Source: Octopus sinensis
Taxonomy: Eukaryota
Assembly (NCBI RefSeq): GCF_006345805.1
Contig: NC_043004.1
Location: 29,512,001 to 29,576,000 of the forward strand
Reading direction: 5' to 3'
Length of the DNA: 64,000 nucleotides
Shown here: one piece after another, positions 23,770 through 36,794 of the stretch
How positions within the stretch are numbered: position 1 is the stretch's first letter
Layout: each line of letters begins with the position of its first letter
Position numbers and translations under genes: made by a program
The notes under the pieces: generated by a model
What the model was told of the DNA's origin: nothing
Seen by the model: the letters and a program-made list of their open reading frames with translations, nothing else
Databases searched by the model: none

Positions 23770-24495
23770 CGTTGTATTGATGAATGAAACAAAATTTTCG
23801 AGTTCCCATTATGGAGTGCCTTCTAAGTCTCTGTTGATGGTGTATGTTTAATATGAGATGTCTAGGTTACATATATTTGAGGAAGATTACGGTTGAGAGG
23901 AATGAGTTTTGTTGAAGGTAACTGTAATAAGTTCGTTAATTTACAGGTAGAAGAGTGTGGGATAAATAAGCGAGTCTCGGGCCACAGCAGAGCTGGTGAA
24001 GTGAGGTTCAGAGAGGCCCTTGTCTGCACATGCAATGATGGTACTGACAGAAATTTTCCTATCAAAGAGGTGGTCATTAAGCTCTGCAGTAATTTTGGGA
24101 CCGGTACTTTTGTGATCCCTATCTGAAAGTTTTGGGGTTTTTTCCGGAGTTTTGTTTCGACGAGGAGATGTTTCCCTCTTTCTCAAAGGCTGTCATTACT
24201 TTCGAGACAGTACTTCTTGATACACCAAACATTTCGGCTGTTTTCGTTACGTTGGCGCCTGCCATACGAGGACCAACAATTTGACCTCTTTGAAAGTCCG
24301 ATCTGTCATTTTAATGAATTTTAATTACCTTTTTCTGATGATATCTGAAGAGAAACAGCAATTTTAGCAAAACACATTATGCAAAAAACATAAAAATCAA
24401 AAAACATAAAAATAAACAAGCTTTAGGCGGTTTTACAGATATTTCAAAATTGATGCTGTGATGCTAGGTGTTTCCATTATTTTGGATAACCCCTG
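23770..24495 (-). mobile_element. Tc1-like transposon 5' remnant
   Basis: Terminus TA-CAGGGGTTATCCAAAATAATGGAAACACC; fragments PKLSDRD..KITAELNDHL resemble the Tc1 HTH region. Confidence 0.7.
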
Positions 24496-24656
24496 TACAT
24501 ACATACATACATACATACATACATACATACATACATACATACATACATACATACATACATACATACATACATACATACATACATACATACATACATACAT
24601 ACATACATACATACATACATACATACATACATACATACATACATACATACATACAT
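24496..24656. repeat. (TACA)n microsatellite
   Basis: Direct reading. Confidence 0.98.
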
Positions 24657-25547
24657 CGGAAGATTAACTGCAGCTACTTCTAGTGCTATTTACCTTCAGC
24701 TAAGTTGATTGGAGCAACATCACGTAAAGGGACTTGCTGAAGGACACCCAGTGCTGGATTAACCTATAAGCAAAATAAGCACGTGCTTAAGGCATCAAGG
24801 AAAGAGGAGCGCCATCTCTTCACCCTCTTCTATGGATGCGGGGTTGCCGCATAGCTGGTTTTACTACTGAAATGAAGAAATGAATTTATAGCCATCTTCA
24901 AATTTTAATGCAAAAATTTCTGTTTATAAATAAATGAAATACGCTGTGCAACAGGCTGGAAGTTATACAAGTTTTGAACACGTATAGTATGCGTTCGAAT
25001 CAGTGCAAGTGTCAGGTAGCTTGTAAGTTCTTAGATTAGTTGAAAACTGTTGCTGGTTCAGGATGATCTTCATTTCATGACGCGTCACGCATGTCAATAT
25101 ATAGCACACTCAGCTTTGTTTGTCCATTATATTTAGTGTTTCGTCTATTGAAATTATAATGAATCGTTTGCTTCATATATCATTTATGCCACCAATTCAT
25201 ATAAGAATCATTATCAATCAATTTATCTCTGATTTGAGACATAAAATGTATAAAAATAAATATGAAACAACATAAGTGCTTGAAAAAACCTATAATAAAT
25301 TTAAATTATGGTTTTGGTAAAAATATTAATCTTATTTCACATAAAAATTTTATTTTTGTAAACGAAAAAACCATTTTTTTAGTAGAGATTTTCATTTTGC
25401 GAAACTTGTTGATTTTCCAAAACTAACCAAAATTTTTGTCTCTAACATTCTTCATATATATTGTAATTTATGATTTTAAACTTGTAATCTAATAAAATCA
25501 TTTCACATGTGTATAAATATATCATTTTTGTCAACGTATCAAATATT

Positions 25548-25808
25548 GGCCTAGTGTTTAGAGCAGCGAACTCGCGGTCGACGCATCGCGGGTTCGAATC
25601 TCAGAGCGGGCGATGTGTGTGTTTATGAGCGAAACACCTAAGCCCCACGCGGCTCCCGCAGAAGGTAATCGCGAACTTCTGCTGACTCTTTCGCCACAAC
25701 TTTCTCTCACTCTTTCCTCCTGCATCTTGCAGCTCACCTGCGACGGACCGCCAAGGAAACCGGGAAACCGGCCCTTATGAGCCAGGCATGGCTCGAGAAG
25801 GAACAAAA
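25548..25808 (+). mobile_element. SINE family C-like copy
   Basis: tggcctagtgtttagagcagcgaactcgcgg...gggttcgaatc A/B-box head. Confidence 0.8.
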
Positions 25809-26416
25809 CAATGTATCAAATATGATGATTGATGCGTTGGTCATTAGTGAATACTAAACAAAAATTCCTCAGTCACATAATAATTTCATACTTGTTTACT
25901 TCACCTTCTTCATTGAGTTTACAATTTATCTGCTTCACTTCGCTTTTTTATCATTATATTTGAATTTTTTACACTTTTTAAAAGTACGGTAAGTTTTTTA
26001 TTCAAAAATTTTCATTTTGTATATTTAAATGTATCGCTATACAAAATATTAAAAAATTACATGCTAAATTAAAAAATTGATGTTTTCCACTTTTTTTTTC
26101 TGCTGGGTTGAACCTTTAATGACCCTTAAAAATTTCCAATTATTTCTTTATTAAATTTGTCAGTAGCAAACTAATTTCGCTACTTGTCATACTAATTTTG
26201 TTTTTTTACCATTTTCTTTGCTCATAATATATGTTACATATATATTACATATATTATATATATAAACGGGTATCTCTTGTTCCCTTTAGGTAGATATATA
26301 TATATATATATATATAATATTAAAACTTTGTAAGTGTGCGTATTTTCCTTTTTTAATTTCTCATATACATTACAACTCACCACGTGGGGATAATCGAAAT
26401 TCTTCTTTTCTGTTAC

Positions 26417-26449
<33 letters not shown>

Positions 26450-26453
<4 letters not shown>

Positions 26454-26648
26454 CTGTGCAGGTGGCACGTAAAAGGCACCCACTACACTCATGGAGTGGT
26501 TGGCGTTAGGAAGGGCATCCAGCCGTAGAAACATTGCCAGATCAGACTGGGCCTGGTGCAGCCTTCTGGCTTCCCAGACCCCAGTTGCAACGTCCAACCC
26601 ATGCCAGCATGGAAAGCGGACGCTAAACGATGATGATGATGATGATGA
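26450..26648 (+). mobile_element. RTE-LINE 3' tail or tail-derived SINE ending in (GAT)n
   Basis: Near-identical to 48890-49082, the 3' end of the RTE fragment. Confidence 0.8.
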
Positions 26649-26781
26649 TAATAAGCTCAGCAAATATTTAGATTCAAATAAATATGGTACTTAATTTAGA
26701 TGCACCAGAATTCTGTATGGTGTTATCCATAAAAATCCGTAGGGTGATTATAATCAAAATAAGCAACAAGAATGACTCCGG

Positions 26782-26874
26782 TAATTTGGTACGATCGTTT
26801 CGTACTACATCATTTTATTAAATGTTGTAAGTATTACAACAGATTTAAGATGCTGAGTACTCATCAGCCAATTA
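26782..26874 (-). ncRNA. Type I hammerhead ribozyme (family A), canonical core
   Basis: Reverse complement of 27228-27320; triplet GUA at 26792-26790. Confidence 0.85.
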
Positions 26875-27227
26875 TAGAGGTTTTCCATTAATACAAAAAT
26901 TTTCAAATCAAGTGACAACATTATAGAGAAGGTAGACATATAGACCGTAGTGGTAAGTAATCCATAATCCTTCGGATAAATTCATTGGTTCTGTGGATCA
27001 ACAGCCATATGTATTCGTCCTTAAGGATGAAAAAGGTAAATATAGAGTTTTCCCCAAAGGATATCCCCTTATACAGTAAGGACGAATACATATGGCTGTT
27101 GATCCACAGAACCAATGAATTTATCCGAAAGATTAGATGGATTACTTACCACTACGGTCTATATATCTACCTTCTCTATAATGTTGCCACTTGATTTGAA
27201 AATTTTTGTATTAATGGAAAACCTCTA

Positions 27228-27320
27228 TAATTGGCTGATGAGTACTCAGCATCTTAAATCTGTTGTAATACTTACAACATTTAATAAAATGATGTAGTAC
27301 GAAACGATCGTACCAAATTA
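27228..27320 (+). ncRNA. Type I hammerhead ribozyme (family A), canonical core, extended stem II
   Basis: UAAUUGG-CUGAUGA-GUACU..UGUUGUAA UAC UUACAACA..AGUAC-GAAAC-GAUC-GUA^CCAAAUUA; all conserved core nucleotides present including G10.1-C11.1; predicted cut after 27312. Confidence 0.88.
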
Positions 27321-27464
27321 CCGGAGTCATTCTTGTTGCTTATTTTGATATATATATATATATATTAAAACCATGTAAGTGTGCGTATTTTCCTTTTTTA
27401 ATTTCTTATATAGATTACAACTCACCACGTGGGGATAATCGAAATTCTTCTTTTCTGTTACTAC

Positions 27465-27510
<46 letters not shown>

Positions 27511-27989
27511 TAAATATATTGAATACATAAATGGGTGTCTCTTATATATATAAGGAAACAATTATTTGTTATGATTTGTGATTAAAATTACAAGATAAAA
27601 ATTGCTGCATTCATACCAGATAAAAAAAAATACTGAGATATCGTCACTGCCACAACATGACTCCCACGAGTACTAAATGTAAAGACGGTGTCCATGTTAA
27701 ATGTTTAACTGATTTCCATACAATATAAACTAAACTCACATAAACAAAGATATGTTATGCAGTCTTAGTTTTACTGTTTCGATTGTTTATTGCTTTGATT
27801 TCATTTATTTGGTTTTGTTCCGTATTGTCAAATAAAATTTTGCTTTTTTGTACCTTACATATGACCAGCGTTTCACATAGATACATCAATTTTTGTATGT
27901 AGAAAAAAGTAAACTTTGGAAAAAAAAAAAAAAACTATGTTTTTTTTTACCTTCGTATGACGTTCTAAAAATATTTTTTCAGTATTATG

Positions 27990-27999
<10 letters not shown>

Positions 28000-28030
<31 letters not shown>

Positions 28031-28860
28031 AATTATTGTATACAGTGCTCAGGTGCACCACATCTTGTCAAAAGTGCGTATAAGGCATATGCAGTAATAT
28101 ACAAATGTCTTGAAAGTGAACAGTGTATGAGTCAGATACATGCTTGCGGGTGTATGGAGGGAAGAAAATCAAGTGTAGTGTTGGCGAATCTCAGGAAGCA
28201 TGGACGTTTTGAAGGATGCAGAGCTCTGACAACTGACAACTGATGCCGGCAGTTTATTCCATACTTCAGCAACTCTTAGCGTGAAAAAATGTTTCCGAAA
28301 GTCATGGGAGCTGTGCTGTTTTCTGACTTTGTAAACATGTTCACGGGTGTTAGACAGGTGGAGTTTGAAAAGGTGCTAAGTGTTATTATTAGTAAGATGG
28401 TTAATAATTTCATGGGTGTCTGCCAAGTCAGCTGCCAGACGTCGGAGTTTCAATGTATCCATGCCCAGGGAAGTAAGACGTTCAGAATATGGCAAATACT
28501 TGATGGAGGGTATTCTTTTGGTTGCACATCGCTGAACGGTTTCCAGACGATTAATACCCTGGACAAGATAGGGGTTCCAGACCGGTGGTGCAAATTCCAG
28601 ATGAGGCCGCACCATAGCTATATAAAGCCTCAGATAGATAGCCAGAGAGCGGCTCACAAAGGACTTGGTAAGTGATGCCAAGACACCCTCAGCCTTCTTG
28701 GCAATTTTAGCAATGTGTTTTGTCCAATGCAAATCGCTGTCGACAATAATGCCCAGGTCACGTTCACAAGAAGACTTTTTGAGATTAGTGTAGGTAGGCG
28801 CTGGGTTTTTCCTCCCAAAATGCATGGTGGTACATTTGTCCACAGCAAGCTTGAGCTATG
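28000..28860 (-). mobile_element. CR1/L2-like LINE 3' end with (TTA)n tail
   Basis: KCTTMHFGRKN..ERDLGIIVDSDL..MVRPHLEFA..VWNPY..LETVQRCATK..YSERL..RRLAADL. Confidence 0.88.
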
Positions 28861-28869
28861 ATATGACAC

Positions 28870-30400
28870 CCAAGAACTAAGATGAAACGGATTCACAAAA
28901 GATCCACAACATCAACATGATGAAGCACAGATTTTGGGTCAAAGTCAATTTCCATCTTCAGAAATCAACACAAATATGGCAAATACCTCTTTGATCACTC
29001 CAGAATCAAATTATGAAGACATTCGAATCACCGAGATATCACAAGCACGTTCATCTAGCACAAGTCTCATAACTAATCTGAGTGATCTCATTTTGCCCGT
29101 AAATTCTCATGATACTGATACCTCTACTGCAAATGAATTAATTAATTCTGTAAAACATGAAGAAAATCGCAATTTGGCAGAAGATCCAGGGTTGTGGTCT
29201 ACTAACCTGTTTGAATGTTATAAATGGATGCAGCAAAAATTTTAGAAACAAACAAGTTTGCTATAAATGTTCCCTGTGCAGCTCATCCATTAAATCTGGT
29301 TGACCAAAGTGCTGTTGACTTCACTACAGTACAGTTACTCTACATTTTTGTTTTCAGCCGACTGGTGGAAAATTCTTACAGATAGTATTAATAATGAAAG
29401 TGTCTAAAAATCCCTCTCCGATACAAGATGGGACGCACATGCTATGGCCACAGAAGCGATTTTGAAATCTTTCCTTGAGATTTTGGATACTTTAGAATAT
29501 ATAGCTGAAGATCAGTCACAAAAGGGAGATGCTAGGAGAGAGGCAAATAATACTGCAGACAAGATGCAAGAGCTAGAATTCGTTATCATGTTGAATTTTT
29601 GGAAAGAGATTTTGCAGAAATTTTACAGAGTAAATAAAGGTCTACAAAATGAGGATGTGAACTTTAAAATATATGCAGATCTGTATGTATCATTAGCAGA
29701 GCAAACGTGCACCTCACGAGATGAATTTGAAAAATATGAAAAAGATGCCAAGAAAATGTAACCAGATGTTGATTACAAGGCAACTGCAACTCGTAAACGT
29801 ATTAGAAAGAAGCTACCCCATGACGGAGTTGCACCAGGAGTATATCTAAATGCTAGAGATAATTTTCGTGTTACCACCTTTCCCAGAATTTGTTGACAAA
29901 CTTGCAACTGAGATGAAAAGAGGGGACATATCCAAAAAAAAGGGCAGAAAAGTTTTTCTTTTCTATGTGGTGTACCACGTAATGCCTCTTCAACATCTAC
30001 TAACGCTGAGAACTATTCTTAATATTGTCAAAACCCGATTGATACTTACCCCGAGGACTTCAATAGTAATTTCTCAGCTGAGCTTGAGCTGTTTCGTTTA
30101 TATGTGCGCCATAATTTCAGTGTAAGAGAAAATAGAAAAACTAGATTCAGTCGTGTTGAACTTTATAAAATTATATTAGAAGACAATATTGAGTGTGTCT
30201 TTCCAAATGTAGTAGATATCGCCTTTCGTATATTTCTAACACTAATGATCACAAATTGTTCAGCTGAGCGTTCATTTTCACGACTGAAATATATCTAAAA
30301 CCCTCTCAGGACAACAATGCAGCTTTAGCTTGCGATCTACCTCCACTATAAGAACTTTATACTACAGGATGATAAAAACAAATTGATTAATGTTGAATAA
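28870..30400 (+). mobile_element. hAT transposase pseudogene (ZMYM1/Tip100-like)
   Basis: SDTRWDAH..EAI, MQELEFVIMLNFWKEILQ, hATC dimerisation motif VFPNV.IAFRIFLTLMITNCSAERSFSRLK; multiple stops. Confidence 0.85.
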
Positions 30401-31279
30401 TGATTTATTAATAACTTACACTTAAATCTTAATTAACGATTCACACTTCGTACATCATTACCACAAACAAATCTGCTGCATCTTTTCTCAAAACTTTGCA
30501 GCAAAATTGATTAAGGTGTGACTGGGAAAGCTCACTAGTAACGATTGCGAAAGACCGCACCACGCTAAAGTAGCACCGAATTTTCTTATCGTAAAATGAA
30601 AAATCACATTCTTCAAATTGAAGAAAGAAATATTTTGATGGGATCATTGTTAACTATTTCAACTGCCATACACACAAAGGCACTGCAGAGAAGAAATCAA
30701 ATATCATTCTTGGGTTTGTATAAAACCCCTTTTATACGAACTTTCTGAAGTTGACGTTATAGGCAATGACTAACGTTAGATTTAATTATCAACGGGACAT
30801 AACTATCAAAAAAGCAAGAGTTATTTCCCTTGAGTAAAAGATAAGTATTTTGAGTTTGGTTAATTAATAATGGATGGATGGATGGAGAGAGAAAAGGAAG
30901 GGACTGAGAGAGAGGAAGGGACTGAGAGAGAAGTCACACACAGAATAGCCAGTATGGATTACCAAATGGCTTTTAAAAATAATTCTTTCTAGAACAAAAT
31001 TTCCTCCACACCCAGTATGCGCACGTGAACACACACACACACACCTGTATATGCTCAAGCAAGTTTTAAGAGTTCCTCTCCAACTTCTCTCACTCTCATC
31101 TTCCAAATTACCTCTCGGAATTGGCACATAGTATAAGGACTAAAACACTGAAAAAAAAAACTATCAATCTAAGGGACATAACTCTGATAGGCCTAAAGGC
31201 CAAACTTGTAGGTTTTTTTGAGTTCATTTTTTTTGCTGATCTATCGGGATTTTTTAAACATTTTCAATTTTAAACACAC

Positions 31280-31910
31280 ACACAGTTATTATTTTTCAGT
31301 CATAAGATTGCGGCCATGCTGGGATACCAGCATGAGAAATTTTAGTACTTTATCTATCCTGTTACTTAATCTATCGGTCGTCTTTTGCCGAATCGCTAAG
31401 TTACGGGGACGTAAAAACATAAACATTGGTTATCAAACAGTGATGGGGGACAAACACAGCAGACAGAAAGATGCGCGCGCACGCACACATATACGACATG
31501 CTTCTTTCAGTTTCCTATTTCTTTATTGGTCACAAGGGGCTAAAAATAGAGAGGACAAACAAGGACAGACAAAGGGATTAAGTCGATTACATCGACCCCA
31601 GTGCGTAACTGGTACTTAATTTATCGACCCCGAAAGGATGAAAGCAAAGTCGACCTCGGCAGAATTTGAACTCAGAAGATAACGGCAAACGAAATACCGC
31701 TAAACATTTCGCCCAGCGTGCTAACGTTTCTGCCAGCTCACCGCCTTATTTCAGGTTCTCTCGGTGCTTCTTTCAGTTTCCATCAACCAAACCCACTCAC
31801 AAGGTTTTGGCTGGCCTAAGGCTACAGTAGATGACACCTGCCCAAGGTGCCATACAGTGGAACTGAACATAGAACTAAGTGGTTAGGAAACAAACTTCAT
31901 ACGACACACC
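31280..31910 (-). mobile_element. SINE family B interrupted by a SINE family A insertion (31516-31764)
   Basis: 17-bp duplication tgcttctttcagtttcc at 31499-31515 and 31765-31781 flanks the insert. Confidence 0.8.
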
Positions 31911-32312
31911 CAAATAAAGAGTATATGAGCCAATGTACTGATCTCTATAAATGTACCCAGTACTCTCAACAGAATGTAAGGTGAGAGTACTTTTTTGCCT
32001 TACTGAAAATATAGCTGCCTCTGTCATGCTGGTTCCACAAAAATAATAACATGCTGTAGTCTGTAAAGTAGTTCATGCTAGAAGGGCATCCAGCTGTGTA
32101 GACATCATACCAAAATTGAAATACACAAGCAATACACGTGATCTTTTGACCATAAGCTGGCTTTGAATATGGCAAGCTGTCCAACCCTTGACAGCAAGGC
32201 AAGTAGATGCAAAAAGGTTATGATGATGTAGCAATGACTTTCCAGAAGATACTGAGGCTATCATATGAATTTCTACATCTGTTTTCTATATGTGATTTAC
32301 TTTCTACATATA

Positions 32313-32530
32313 TGAGTGGGTACTGAAAAGGTCTTAGCTTTGAGGGAAAAGAAAACACAGGAGGATCAGTTAATTACAGTTTTATTCAATATATCCCCCT
32401 CTCAGATTCACACACTCATTGCAGTAGTCCTTCAGTTTTTCTAAACCCTGTAAAAGAACTCGGAAGGTTGGGCCTCCAATCAGGCTTTTCGTGATACCCT
32501 TAAAGCCAGGAACTTTTCAGCATCCCCTCA
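32313..32530. mobile_element. Mariner-type MITE with TA target duplication
   Basis: ta|tgagtgggtactgaaaag ... cttttcagcatcccctca|ta imperfect TIRs. Confidence 0.7.
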
Positions 32531-35500
32531 TATGCCAAGGAGTTGATGGATTTTACATGGTTTTGTTTCATTGTGTTTATTGATCCCTTCTGATTGAGAT
32601 ATTGACATCATGACGAATATCTTCTGCTTTTTCAAAGTCATGTTAAGGATACAAACTAGTATTTGTAAAGAAAGTAATATCAGCATAATTTGTGTTATTG
32701 TTGTAATTGGTTAGTCATCATTTAACACGTTTTCTATGCTGGAATGGGTCAGATGATTTGACAGGGCCCAACAAGCTGCAGAGCTGCATTAGGCCCCAAT
32801 GTCAGCTTTGGCCTGGTTTCTACAGCTGGATGCCCTTCTTAACAGCCACACCATAATTAACCTCAGTCCACATATTGCATTACAAAATTGAAGGATGGCA
32901 TTGAATGCCTCTTCTTCCACACAACGTGTAGTATCTTATCAAGAGCCACCTGCCTTACAGCTTTTGTTCTTTTTCAGTACATCAGTGAATTTATCTTCCT
33001 GCCATTAATTTTATAACCAATTTGCTACAGCAATGAGGATTGATTTGATTGCGTACACAGCAGTAAATAAACAATTTTGCTTTTAATATATTCTGGTAAA
33101 TAGAAAATCTAGGCTAAATTTAACTGGTCAACATTCATACAGTAATTGCTTCAGACTCCCATAAGGGATCACTATGGATTGTGGGACCAAGTTATTAAAT
33201 CCAAAGAAGCCCGACCCAAAGAATATCTGGGACTGTTATCTAAGATAGACGAGCTTCTATATTTAACTTTCACCCTTTCTTCCTATAAGGAACAGAACAG
33301 CATATTCCATATAGTTAGTCATTAAGAGAACTAGTGAAATTCCTACCTCATTACACATTAATTACAGCCAACTTTACATATAGCAAGTGTCCCTGGGTAT
33401 TTTCCTATCATTGTACTCTCTATTAGCACAGTAATCCTAACTGTCAACAATAGCTACCATATCTAGCAATATCACCTGTAAGAAGAAAAGTGTTCTATCA
33501 ATATGAAACCCAAATCAATCAGCAGCTTTCAACACTCACTGCACCTCAGAGATATTTCATTTACATTTCGCTAAAACTATATTATTGTGTTTCTGACAAA
33601 GCACAGCAACCTTATATCTTAGAATAGGTTCTGATGGGTAAATGTGAGTTATGATACTCATGTCTCATAAATTGAAATACACTGTCAGTAGAACATTAGT
33701 TTCGAGTAACCAACAGCTTACATCTTGTCCCATAGATTTTACATAACCAGGGAAAATAACATCTAAAATATCAAACCAATGACAGAACAGTTTACATAGT
33801 CATTCAACCAGTTAGAATGAACAGCCAAATCTCCTCAAATGAGATCCTACTACTTTAAAGGACAGAGTATATAAGATGACACCATATGACAGCAAAACAA
33901 ATAATACTAAAGCACACATCACATAAGATTGTTTTTAAGTAAAACCTATACAAATATAGAATTATAGACTCCAAGAATTAGTTGTCAGCTTTTGTTTGCA
34001 AACTGACTTAATCAGCAATAGAATTAGATGTTCCAAGAATATAAGAACCTTAGTGACAATGTGGATAGTGAAGTTCAGGGAGCTATTAGCTCTGCTGCTA
34101 ACAAAGTATTTTCAATGAATATAGAAAAAACTATGATGCTTATGTACTGTGATATTGCATGGCAATAAAACAGACACTGAAAGCAGATGATGTGTGAAGG
34201 CTGGAAAAATATTTTCTAATCTATGTACAGGTTATACTGCTACTCTCCACCCTTCCTGTACTAACACCTCCTTCCTGAGCCATTCCTATTTCATCTCACC
34301 ATACCCAACAGCTATATCTTGGACTACATTTAATTTACCACTCACTACATTCACCCATCTGTCACTTACCTTGTACTCTCTTATGAACCTATCCACTCTC
34401 ACTTCCCAATCTTCTGCCTCTATCTCCCTTATACTCACCTACTTGGACTTTGACACATTGCCATCAGCATCTTTATCTCCTTTCCAGTTACTCCAACAAA
34501 ACATTTTATTAATCCAAGGTAGCCATGTATCACATCTACAGCAAACATTTGGCATAAAGCCACCTCCCTCTACTACACCCTCACCCACTCAGTTGAGGAG
34601 GCCTTTTTCTGTCATGTGAGGTACTTGGCAACCTCACTAGTGTTGGTACCACAGAAAAGTACCCTGCACACTGTAAAGTGATTGACATTAGAGAGGACAT
34701 CCATCCATAAAAACTATGTCAAAAGCAGACATTAGAGTATGACCTTCCTGAGACGCTGAATACTGTCAAAACATCCAAGCCATGCCAATATAAAAGATAG
34801 ACATTTATTGATGTTGATAATGACAATATGTCTTCTTGCATTAACATCATGCAAGTGATACATTCATTTGCAGTCTTCTGTGAAAACATTTCTGGACAAA
34901 TATCAACTTACTTGGAAACAGATGAAGGTTAACAAAAGGAAGAACATCTGTCCATGTAAAATCTGCCTTATAAAATTTTATCTGACCAGGAAAGCACTAA
35001 ATAATGATGATGTATATAATCCTCTAGGTGGGTTTCTTAATATAACCTTAAGCCTGCATCTGCTACCCAGCTTCACTACCTCTGAGTGACAAGTGAATGA
35101 CATTGAGAAGAGGCATCAAGCTATTTCAAGCATTCTTCTCCCTTTTACATGTTGTCTTATTCATTGGATTCTGCTGCTCTGTTGCTACAAATTTTCTCAT
35201 TTCACTCACACTTATCCCACTAACTCCTACTCATAGAACCATGTTGCCTATGTAGCAAGAGATTCTACTAAACCTGTGCCTATTCTACCACAATCTTATT
35301 CACTCTCAAGACATATGAAGAGGGGCAACCTTAGACCTGTTTGATGTTATCACCATTTTGTGTAATGTCAGCCATCATTTCCTCTCTCTATTGACATCCA
35401 TTACTCTCTCCCACCATCACCCATCTCTGATTCCCATTCTCTCTATCTCTCTCTCTCTCACACCTGCAACAGGGCTGATATTACTGTCTCCTTTTCATTA

Positions 35501-36755
35501 CTTCCCCAGCACTAACTTTTCCATCTTCCTACCCAGGCCCCACTGTCCTCACTCTTCTACTCATTGCCTTGAATTATTAGAAACTCTACAGAGTTTATGT
35601 AACTAGTGTTAGCACCACAAAATACACCCAGTACAACATAGAGGTGAGGAAAGGAAAGGGTATCCAGGAATAGAAACTGAACCAAAACTTGAATATATGA
35701 GATGTGGTCCTCTGACCCATATAGGAGGGGAGTAACTGAATACTTGGGCAGTAGCAACACATCCCATTATGCCAGCAAAAAAAGCAAACAAAATGATGAT
35801 GATGATGATGCCACTGACAATGATATTGCCAGCATTGTATGTAAATAAAGCTCTGTGTAGAATACTTAAGTAGAATACCATAAACTTCAAGGCAAAGTAT
35901 AAAATGTTATCATGTGCAGATGTTTCATAGGTCTTCTGTACGGGTAAAGTGTGAAATGACCAAAATGTTCTAAGCAGCAAGAGACTAAACAACAAGCGAG
36001 AAAGAATGAAAATATCAGAAATGTTTCTGCTAGTTAAGTATGGTGCTACACTTTTGGTTTCTCTTCTTGAAAGTGACGAAAGATATCAGACAATAATTTG
36101 GCTGTCACCATGAATATCTGGAAAATTTCTGTTGGTTAGGTACAACTGAAGGGAGTCTTAAAATGGTATTGCATATTTCAGAAGCCTTTATTGGCATTGG
36201 AAGACATTATACTGGATAAATAAATTTCCTTCAAGACAGTTGCAACACAACAGTCTCTGCAAATTGGATATGAATTCATTACGCACGTATGTGACAAAGT
36301 ATCAAACTAGGAAATATTTCTATATTAACAAAAATGTACTGTACAATTTGGAGGCATCATTAAAATTAAAATTTCTGCAATAAATAGAAGACTAAAATGA
36401 AGCAGTATTCATTCTGAATATTTTTATTTACTTTACATTTCTGTATATCAGTTTACTTGTAAAATTTTCTCATTTCTTGTCGATTGTATTAGCTATTATT
36501 ATACATGATTAGCTTTCAGAGATTTCATTTCATTTAATAAAGTGTCCAACCTATATTATCATGGAAAAAATAAAGAAAAATTTTAAATGCTAAATATTCT
36601 CAAGGAAACCTCAAAAAGGTATACAATACCTTCATTTCACACAACACCGGTAATATGTACACATAGATATATGTATGTGTATACATTACTGGCATTGTGT
36701 GAAATTAAGGTACTGTATAATTGTGTGTGTGTGAATCTATATATATGCATACTTT

Positions 36756-36794
<39 letters not shown>

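Larger units (their letters stand above)
26650..27349. mobile_element. Penelope-like family A element, locus 2: palindrome with ~271-bp arms (26753-27023 / 27077-27349) and a 53-bp spacer
   Basis: Arms are near-perfect reverse complements; contains a Penelope-type ORF N-terminus and two hammerheads; right end runs into (TA)n. Confidence 0.8.

Noticed and set aside
24335-24362. CTGATGA...GAAAC hammerhead-like motif
   Set aside because: Stem II is about 2 bp with no stem I or NUH triplet; inside a Tc1 remnant
24433-24683. MYVC/YIHT ORFs
   Set aside because: (TACA)n microsatellite
24743-24800. Possible hAT MITE left end (cagtgctggattaacc)
   Set aside because: No matching right TIR found, so it cannot be delimited
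35609-35995. 128-aa hydrophobic ORF downstream of glycogenin
   Set aside because: No recognisable family; the hydrophobic run comes from a (CAT)n tract and repeat-like sequence
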